DNA from: Streptomyces sp. CB01881
GTDB taxonomy: Bacteria > Actinomycetota > Actinomycetes > Streptomycetales > Streptomycetaceae
Length of the DNA stretch: 24,000 bases
Assembly (NCBI RefSeq): GCF_002953255.1
Contig: NZ_CP026498.1
Span: 647,130-671,129 of the forward strand
Direction of reading: 5' to 3'
Positions 1 to 5,545 of this stretch are shown here, piece by piece. The notes under the pieces are model-generated. The model had not been told where the DNA came from. It ran no database searches and saw nothing but the letters and a program-made list of their open reading frames with translations. Within the stretch, counting starts at the first letter, position 1, and every line of letters begins with the position of its first letter. The translations under genes and the position numbers were made by a program.

Positions 1-132
1 GGTGCTGTGGCGCCCGGGGGCACCCGAAGGGCACGTCACACCCCGTCGACGTGACGATTCGGATCGTCAGGGCCTCCGACCCACTGGAAGGCGGCTTCAT
101 CTGCGGGGGATCGCCGGCCCCGTGGTCCGGCG

Positions 133-405
133 ATCCCCCGCATGGTGCCCGCGTTCCGACGCACGCCGGGCGCCTCTGTGCGATCGCTGGTCGAATCTAT
201 GGCGACAACGGGGTCGGCGGAGTGCGGAGTTGCACAGCAACCAGGGCCGAACGGTGCCGAAGTGCACCGTGATCCCGTGATCTGCGGCCGCGCGCAGGGA
301 TCCGGCAGGGGTGATCATGCCGAGCGACGGTGTTCCGGACCTCTCATGGCCGGCCGGACGAAGCCGGGCGGACGACATCCACCCGGCTTCGTCCGGCGGC
401 CGGTC
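133..405. repeat. Paralogous copy A of the PucR-type regulator 5' region (leader plus first ~30 codons). Partner is at 5271-5545.
   Basis: Hand alignment of 133-405 with 5271-5545. The core 221-276 vs 5358-5413 matches at 50 of 56 nt by my count. The start codons align (ATG 317 vs GTG 5455), and the N-termini align: MPSDGVPDLSWPAGRSRADDI vs MQSDLMPDMSSPVGRSGRAADI. Confidence 0.7.
317..405 (+). pseudogene. N-terminal remnant (~30 codons) of a PucR-like regulator paralogue
   Basis: Codons from ATG 317 align with the first ~30 codons of the 5455-6981 regulator. Similarity is then lost, and the minus-strand frame takes over the high third-position GC. Confidence 0.35.
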
Positions 406-784
406 GGGAGTCCCTGCGGGGCGGGGGCCAAGCCTGGCCGCCGTGGAAGGCGGTGGTGAGGCGGCGGCGGTGGAGGGTTCCCACGCCGGTCACGGCCAGG
501 GCGGCCCAGGTGGTGCGGCCCGTGGGAGTGGGGGCGTCCTCCGGGAGGTGCCAGCCCGGGGGGGAGCGGCTCGCCCGCCCGCAACGCGGCGAGAAGGGGA
601 AGCACACGGGGGGAGCGGGCCGCTCGTACGGGTCGGGGTGCGACGCACGGCGGGTCAGGGCGACCGCGACCAGGAGGGCGACGAGGCTGCTCAGCACCAT
701 TGCGGCGCCCGGGTCCGCCCCGAGGACCGTCACGGCCGTCCGGGCGGTGACGACCGAGACCACGATCAACAGCGGGACGACCAC
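344..784 (-). CDS. Hypothetical small membrane protein (both ends uncertain)
   Basis: GTG-initiated ORF. Hand-counted GC3 is above 90% over roughly 480-784, against about 73% for the codon-aligned plus frame. Hydrophobic helices: VVPLLIVVSVV, AAMVLSSLVALLVAVAL, WAALAVTGVG. The same high-GC3 frame stays open 47 codons further upstream (to the stop at 926-928) with no ATG, GTG or TTG. The 3' end reads into the PucR remnant. Confidence 0.4.
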   Translation of the reverse strand: MVVPLLIVVSVVTARTAVTVLGADPGAAMVLSSLVALLVAVALTRRASHPDPYERPAPPVCFPFSPRCGRASRSPPGWHLPEDAPTPTGRTTWAALAVTGVGTLHRRRLTTAFHGGQAWPPPRRDSRPAAGRSRVDVVRPASSGRP

Positions 785-922
785 GGCGGTCGGCAGCCTG
801 AACGAACGCCCGCCGGTGACCGCAGTGCCGCCGCCGACCAGCAGACCACGGCTCCGTAGGCGCGCCTCCAGGTCCCGGGCGGGCGCGCTGGGGCCGAACG
901 CGGCGCGCGGGGCGCCGAGCGG

Positions 923-949
923 GCGTCAGGCGTCCGCGTCAGGCGTCCG
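923..949. repeat. Exact 13-bp tandem duplication (GCGTCAGGCGTCC x2) spanning the lipoprotein stop codon
   Basis: 923-935 is identical to 936-948. Each copy carries a minus-strand TGA (926-928 and 939-941) in a different frame. Confidence 0.8.
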
Positions 950-1604
950 GGTTCGTACCCTGCTGGACCCGCCTGATCCGTTCCGCCTGGAGCGCGGTGA
1001 ACTGCTGCAGCGTCTTGTGGTCGCGCTCGTCCTCGTCGAGCTCGATCAGGACCACGACGGTTCCGACCCGCAGCGCCATGGCCGAGGCGACGACGTCACC
1101 CGCGGAGTCGGACGAGTCTGCGGGCTGCTCGAAGCCCTGCGACTGCTCGGCGGCCGCCTTCAGGGTGATCCGGTGCGCCTTGCTGTTGCCCTTCTCCAGC
1201 GACGTCACCATCGCCTCGAAGGCAGGGCCGGCGTTCTCCGCGGTGTCGAAGGTCAGCATGGTGAAGCGGATGTCGTTGTCGGTGTTGGAAGCCAGCTCGT
1301 ACCGGACGGTGCCGCCCAGTCGGAGACCGGAGCAGCTGCTCGACAGCTTCTTCCGGCAGGTGCTGGACGCCTCGGCCTGCTCGATGGCCTTCGGCGGCTT
1401 CGCGCCCGAGGCGAGCCGCCACCCCGGGGGGAGCGAGGTCGGGCTCGGCAGCGCGTCCCGCACCTGGTCCGGCTCCGACAGCACCACGCCGGCGCTGAAC
1501 GCCGCCCCGGCGCTGCCGGAACTGCACGCCCCCGTCCCCAGGGCGAGTGCGGCGGCCGTCCCCGCCAGTGCGAGATTGCGTCCGTACTGCTTCAGCTTGT
1601 CCAT
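939..1604 (-). CDS. Putative secreted lipoprotein, function unknown
   Basis: MDKLKQYGRNLALAGTAAALALGTGAC gives a basic n-region, a hydrophobic core and a lipobox Cys. A G-rich SD (GGGGG) lies ~8 nt upstream of ATG 1604. An alternative upstream ATG at 1655 would add 17 non-signal residues. Confidence 0.8.
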   Translation of the reverse strand: MDKLKQYGRNLALAGTAAALALGTGACSSGSAGAAFSAGVVLSEPDQVRDALPSPTSLPPGWRLASGAKPPKAIEQAEASSTCRKKLSSSCSGLRLGGTVRYELASNTDNDIRFTMLTFDTAENAGPAFEAMVTSLEKGNSKAHRITLKAAAEQSQGFEQPADSSDSAGDVVASAMALRVGTVVVLIELDEDERDHKTLQQFTALQAERIRRVQQGTNPDA

Positions 1605-1745
1605 CACGGTGCCCCCGTTGCGCTCTTCACCTCGAAGATCATCAGCGGACATCAAACCACACGATCACCTGGCGACTCCGTCCTCCTGTCTGCCCAGGCC
1701 AGGACCTCTGACGGGGACTCAGTGACCCTCCGGCGACATGCGTCA

Positions 1746-1775
1746 GGGCCCCGACCGGCATGCCCGTCGGGGCCC
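1746..1775 (-). terminator. GC-rich hairpin downstream of the Rpf gene
   Basis: GGGCCCCGAC ... GTCGGGGCCC is a perfect 10-bp stem. It lies ~110 nt after the stop at 1888 and before the lipoprotein gene. There is no U-tract. Confidence 0.5.
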
Positions 1776-1887
1776 AGCACGATCACGGCCCGGTCGGTCG
1801 GGGCCGAACCCGCCGGCCCGGACCTCGGTGGTGCACGACCGCCCGGTCCCGGGGATCAGGACGGAGGCTGTCGGCCCGCTCGGTTGA

Positions 1888-3012
1888 TCACGAGTGGATG
1901 ACGCCCTGGGTGGCGCGGCCGTCGCCGTCCCAGTCGCCGGTGACGGGGGTGTCGCCGGCGTTGCCGTAGCTGACGGAGGTGACCGTGCCGTCGTCGTGGC
2001 GGAAGTAGAAGGTGTGGTTGCCGGGCATGTAGACGCCGACGTCGGTGCGGCCGGAGTGGTCCCAGTCGCCGGCCAGGGGGATGCTGTTGGGGTTGCCGAA
2101 GGTGACGGTCTGGTCGGCGGGGCCCTCGGTGTTGCTGTTGCGCAGGTGGAAGGTGCTGGTGGCCGGGTCGTAGAGGCCGACCGTCACGGTTCCGTCGCCG
2201 TCCCAGTCGCCGGCGACGGGCTTCCAGTCGCCGCCGTTGCCGAAGGCGAAGGAGGTCACGTCGCCGTTGGCGTGGCGGAGGTAGAACTTGGCGGTGTCGG
2301 GCATGTAGACGCCGAGCTGCGAGGTGGTGCCGTCCCAGCGGCCCAGCACGGGGCGGTTGCCCGGGTTGCCGAACACCAGCGTCGACTGCGCCGCGCTGCC
2401 CGAGTTCGCCAGGAAGAACGTCGAGGTCGTCGGGTCGTAGGCCGCCTGCGTGTCCGTGCCGTCCCCGTCGAAGTCACCCGCCAGCGGGATCATCGGTGTG
2501 TTCCCGAAGCCGAAGGCCGGGCGGGTGGACACGGCGGAGGCCGCGTTGTCCGACAGGTACCAGGTCAGCGTCCTGGCCTCCGGCTTCGGCGGGGTCACCG
2601 GCCCCGGGTTGTCCGGGTACGGGTTCGCGTGGTCGGCCCCGAGGCCGGCCCTGGGGCCGCAGACCGGCCAGGCGTTCTGGCCCTGGGAGGCGAGGACCTT
2701 CTCGGCGATCAGGATCTGCTGCTGCTTGGTGGCCTGGTTGGCGTACGGCGCGTACTGGCCGCCGCCATTGGCGATCCAGGTGGACTGGAGGAACTGGAGG
2801 CCGCCGTAGTAACGGGGGCTCGTGGAGGAGACGATCGACCAGTCGCCGCCGCTCTCGCACTGCGCAACCTTGTCCCAGGTGGCCACGGAGGCCGCGGTCG
2901 CGGAGCCGGCGGTGGCGGCCAGGGTCGCCGAGGCCAGCGGGACGGCGGCGCCGAGGGCGAGCACGCGGCTCAGACGGGAGCGGGTGCGGGTGCGGGTGCG
3001 CTGCATGGACAT
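1888..3012 (-). CDS. Secreted resuscitation-promoting-factor (Rpf) lytic transglycosylase domain fused to FG-GAP-type repeats
   Basis: Signal peptide: MSMQRTRTRTRSRLSRVLALGAAVPLASATLAATAGSATA. Rpf signature: TWDKVAQCESGGDWS...YYGGLQFLQSTW...AWPVCG (DNA 2656-2883). There are 4.5 units of FG.N...P[LV][AT]GD[WF]DGDG...Y.P....F (DNA 1891-2514). SD AAGGAA lies 6 nt before the ATG. Confidence 0.9.
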   Translation of the reverse strand: MSMQRTRTRTRSRLSRVLALGAAVPLASATLAATAGSATAASVATWDKVAQCESGGDWSIVSSTSPRYYGGLQFLQSTWIANGGGQYAPYANQATKQQQILIAEKVLASQGQNAWPVCGPRAGLGADHANPYPDNPGPVTPPKPEARTLTWYLSDNAASAVSTRPAFGFGNTPMIPLAGDFDGDGTDTQAAYDPTTSTFFLANSGSAAQSTLVFGNPGNRPVLGRWDGTTSQLGVYMPDTAKFYLRHANGDVTSFAFGNGGDWKPVAGDWDGDGTVTVGLYDPATSTFHLRNSNTEGPADQTVTFGNPNSIPLAGDWDHSGRTDVGVYMPGNHTFYFRHDDGTVTSVSYGNAGDTPVTGDWDGDGRATQGVIHS

Positions 3013-3053
3013 GGATGTTCCTTGGGGTGGTCTCGGTTGACGGTCTGCCCGAC

Positions 3054-3116
3054 GCGGGGCGGGTACGCCGGAACGCGCGGGCGAGTACGCCGGCAGCGCG
3101 GGCGAGTACGCCGGAA
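3054..3116. promoter_or_regulatory. Three direct repeats at 21-22 bp spacing, each with a GGCG-AGTA-CGCC palindromic core, upstream of the Rpf gene
   Basis: GTACGCCGG recurs starting at 3063, 3085 and 3106. Units 3075-3095 and 3096-3116 differ at one base. The array sits between the terminator hairpin and the Rpf start at 3012. Confidence 0.4.
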
Positions 3117-3128
3117 GGCGTTCGCGAG

Positions 3129-3157
3129 GTGCCCGGTACGCGCTTCGTACCGGGCAC
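3129..3157 (-). terminator. Perfect 12-bp-stem hairpin after the C40 peptidase gene
   Basis: GTGCCCGGTACG-CGCTT-CGTACCGGGCAC, 15 nt downstream of the stop at 3172. Confidence 0.6.
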
Positions 3158-3171
3158 CCGGGACGGACCGC

Positions 3172-4647
3172 TCAGAGGGTGAGGTCGAAGGAGACCGCGC
3201 TGGCGCTGCCCCCGGTTCCGGGGACGGCGTTGTCCTGCCAGCCCGTGGAGTCGCTGTAGACCTCGTGCAGCGCACCGTCGTTGACGATCTCCACGACGCG
3301 GTCGCCGCTGGCCTTGACCTTGACCGAGACGGAGGTGATGTTGCCGCTCACTCCCGGAACGACGTTGTCGCGCCAGACCCCGCCGTCGGAGTAGATCTCG
3401 TGCAGCACACCGCCCTCGACCGCCTCGATCACCCGCTGCCCGGTCGCCTTGTTGATCGCGAACCCGAGCGCGCTGATGTTCCCGCCCACCCCCTGCACGG
3501 CGTTGTCGTGCCAGCCGTCGGCGTCGGCGTAGATCTCGTGCAGCACACCGTTCTCGACCGCCGCGATCACCCGCCGGCCCGACGGACTGTAGGCGATGTC
3601 CAGCGCGCTCACGTTCGCCACACCCGGGATCACGCTCTCGTGCCATCCGGTCGAGTCGGTGTAGATCTCGTGGATCGTCCCGCCCTCGACCGCCTCGATC
3701 ACCCGGTGCCCGGTGTTCGGGTCGAAGGCGAAGGCGAGGGAGTCGATCGTCCCGGAAACCGGAACGGCCTCGTCGTGCCAGCCGTCGGCGGCCGTGTAGA
3801 TCTCGTGCAGCGCGCCGTTCTCCACGGCCTCGATCACCCGCTGACCCGACGGACTGTAGGCAAAGGCCAGCGCACTCAGGTTTCCCACACCCGGTACCGC
3901 GTTGTCCTGCCAGCCGGAACCGTTGGTGTAGACCTCGTGCAGCGCACCACCCTGGATCGTCTCCAGCGTCCGGTTGTTCGCCGCCGGCTTCGGCGGCGTC
4001 GGTGTGGCGTCGTCGACGATGCTGTTGTTGCGGACCGGCCTGTAGGGGTTGCCGCGAGTGCCAGGGAAGTAGGGGTACGGGATTTCGCGGTGATGGACGC
4101 CGCTTCCGCTGAACTCGTAGCCCATGTAGGAGTTGTGAGAGCTGTCGACCCAGCGCTCGAAGAGGACGATGTGTCCGTCGTTCCCGTAGGCGTCGTTCAG
4201 CAGCGCGTCGCCCGGCTTGAGGTCCTCCTTGCCGATCCGGGAGGTCACCCCGGTGGGGACGAATTCGGGAGTGGTGAGCGAGTAACTCAACTTCCAGGCC
4301 ATCGAGACGTACCCGGAGCAGTCCGTGCGGTAGCCCTGGTAGCTGCTGCTGCCGTTGTACTTCAGACCGATGTCGACCCACGAGGCCGCCCGGTTGATGA
4401 CCTGGCTACGCGTCAGGCTCGGCGCGCTCACGTTCGACGTGGCGGAAGCCCACGGGGCGGTGCCCGGTTCGCTCGGCGTGATCGGGCCCTGGCCGGCGCC
4501 GCCCACGTCCCCGTCGAGGGTCGCGTTCACGGAGGCGGCGCTCTGCGGCGTCGCTCCGGCCTGGGCCGGCACGGCGGTGAGAAGGGCGGAGGCAAGGCCT
4601 GCCGTGAGGAGCGCTGTGACAGCACGGGTGACGCGCTTGTCGGGCAT
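3172..4647 (-). CDS. Secreted NlpC/P60 (C40) family peptidase fused to a six-blade lectin-like beta-propeller repeat region
   Basis: Signal peptide: MPDKRVTRAVTALLTAGLASALLTAVPAQA. Cys-His core: YRTDCSGYVSMAW (Cys110) and DGHIVLFERW (His159). A P/T linker is followed by six 44-46 aa repeats. SD AAAGGGG lies ~8 nt before ATG 4647. Confidence 0.9.
   Translation of the reverse strand: MPDKRVTRAVTALLTAGLASALLTAVPAQAGATPQSAASVNATLDGDVGGAGQGPITPSEPGTAPWASATSNVSAPSLTRSQVINRAASWVDIGLKYNGSSSYQGYRTDCSGYVSMAWKLSYSLTTPEFVPTGVTSRIGKEDLKPGDALLNDAYGNDGHIVLFERWVDSSHNSYMGYEFSGSGVHHREIPYPYFPGTRGNPYRPVRNNSIVDDATPTPPKPAANNRTLETIQGGALHEVYTNGSGWQDNAVPGVGNLSALAFAYSPSGQRVIEAVENGALHEIYTAADGWHDEAVPVSGTIDSLAFAFDPNTGHRVIEAVEGGTIHEIYTDSTGWHESVIPGVANVSALDIAYSPSGRRVIAAVENGVLHEIYADADGWHDNAVQGVGGNISALGFAINKATGQRVIEAVEGGVLHEIYSDGGVWRDNVVPGVSGNITSVSVKVKASGDRVVEIVNDGALHEVYSDSTGWQDNAVPGTGGSASAVSFDLTL
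3175..3972 (-). repeat. Six in-frame tandem coding repeats (~135 bp, 44-46 aa each) with consensus R-V-I-E-A-V-E-x-G-x-L-H-E-I-Y-x-x-x-x-G-W-x-D-x-x-V-P-G-V
   Basis: The HE[IV]Y motif recurs at residues 237, 281, 326, 370, 416 and 461 of the 491-aa protein. Confidence 0.85.
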
Positions 4648-4863
4648 GTGGGTACCCCTTTGTCCTTGGTGATGGGTTGGAACTCTTGTGAGAGGTGGTG
4701 CCGATGGGCCATGAGGGCCCCGAACCGGGACACCGGTCGGCAGGGAGCCCCGTCCGCGCGCAGTCGATCGAACCGTGGCGCTACGGGCGGGCGGGACAGC
4801 CCGAGGAGCACGTCGCTTTCCCCGGCGACGTGGCGATCGAGACCGTCACTCATGAAGGGCCGT

Positions 4864-4894
4864 CATTCGGGCGGAACCTGTCGCGCCCCGAATG
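4864..4894 (-). terminator. Inverted repeat (8-bp stem CATTCGGG/CCCGAATG, 15-nt loop) between the small ORF and the C40 gene
   Basis: Read directly. It lies ~95 nt after the small-ORF stop and ~220 nt before the C40 start. Confidence 0.3.
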
Positions 4895-4986
4895 TGAGGC
4901 CGGTCACGGCCATATGACGCAATGGGTTCCGGTTATTCCCGGCACGGGAATTCGTCCGTCGGTTGCCCGGTTCGCAGCCGTTCCCG

Positions 4987-5217
4987 TCAGCGGGTCACTG
5001 CGTGCGGCCGATTGACGGGATTGGAGCGGGGATCGACGTCGATCCGCCCCTGATGGTGCACCGTGGGGCGCCTACCGCGCCTGCCGGAGGTCTCCTGTGC
5101 CCACGCGCTGTCGGGGACCTTGAGGGTGCCGTGCCGCACAACTCTCCCGTCGCCCCGCACCGGGCGCCCGGGCCGGTGGGCGGCGGGCGCCGTGAATGAC
5201 CTCTGGAATACCTTCAT
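4987..5217 (-). CDS. Candidate small basic protein (76 aa), unknown function
   Basis: ATG 5217 is preceded by GAGGGAG. Hand-counted GC3 is about 86%. It is divergent from the PucR-like regulator. I recognise no motif, and the sequence is Arg-rich and low in complexity, so it could be spurious. Confidence 0.3.
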   Translation of the reverse strand: MKVFQRSFTAPAAHRPGRPVRGDGRVVRHGTLKVPDSAWAQETSGRRGRRPTVHHQGRIDVDPRSNPVNRPHAVTR

Positions 5218-5270
5218 GTCTCCCTCGTGGAATGCCGATAACGGCGAACATCGCCTCCGTGCTCTACCGG

Positions 5271-5545
5271 TCCCCGTGCGGCGCCCTGCGTTCCGCCGCA
5301 CACCGGACGCCACACGCGGACCTGTCGTCGAATTTATGGCAGCACCGGAACGGGCAAAGTGCGGAGCTGCACAGCAACCGGGTTCGAACGGTGCCGGAGT
5401 GCACAGTGATCCCATAGTCTGCGGCCGTCAGTACGGAATGCGCGGGGGGAAACTGTGCAGAGCGATCTCATGCCAGACATGTCATCACCGGTCGGGCGAT
5501 CCGGCCGGGCGGCCGACATCCTGGCCATGCATCACGCCGGCCGCA
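5271..5545. repeat. Paralogous copy B (intact locus) of the PucR-type regulator 5' region. Partner is at 133-405.
   Basis: See copy A. Confidence 0.7.

Noticed and set aside
221-280. Conserved co-terminating small ORFs in the two leader copies as real peptide genes (for example a RiPP-like CG.AQQPG...CGR peptide).
   Set aside because: Third-position GC of either frame is only about 55-70% by hand count, against above 85-90% in real genes here. Substitutions are not clearly biased to synonymous sites. I kept this as a non-coding conserved element and flagged the test.
133-405. Mobile-element origin of the duplicated segment.
   Set aside because: No transposase or integrase, terminal inverted repeats or target-site duplications are visible around either copy.
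3054-3116. CRISPR array interpretation of the 21-bp repeats, and of the 14-bp repeats at 12684-12739.
   Set aside because: The units are directly abutting with no spacers, are far too short and too few, and no cas genes are present.
3013-3128. c-di-AMP (ydaO-type) riboswitch upstream of the Rpf gene, and likewise in 4648-4986 upstream of the C40 peptidase.
   Set aside because: It was expected from what is known about Streptomyces rpfA and wall-hydrolase genes. However, I could not find the conserved segments I recall (GGGGA.CCA, GGGGUGAAUC, CCCGA..CCGACAGCU.ACC) on the sense strand. A covariance-model scan would be needed to be certain.
1894-4917. 1007-aa plus-strand ORF. Also 330-1901 (+), 2474-4381 (-) and 2496-3182 (+).
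   Set aside because: They lie antisense to, or out of frame with, the motif-bearing Rpf, C40 and lipoprotein genes. The translations are Arg/Gly/Ala/Val/Pro low-complexity with no recognisable motifs, which is typical of long open frames in high-GC DNA.
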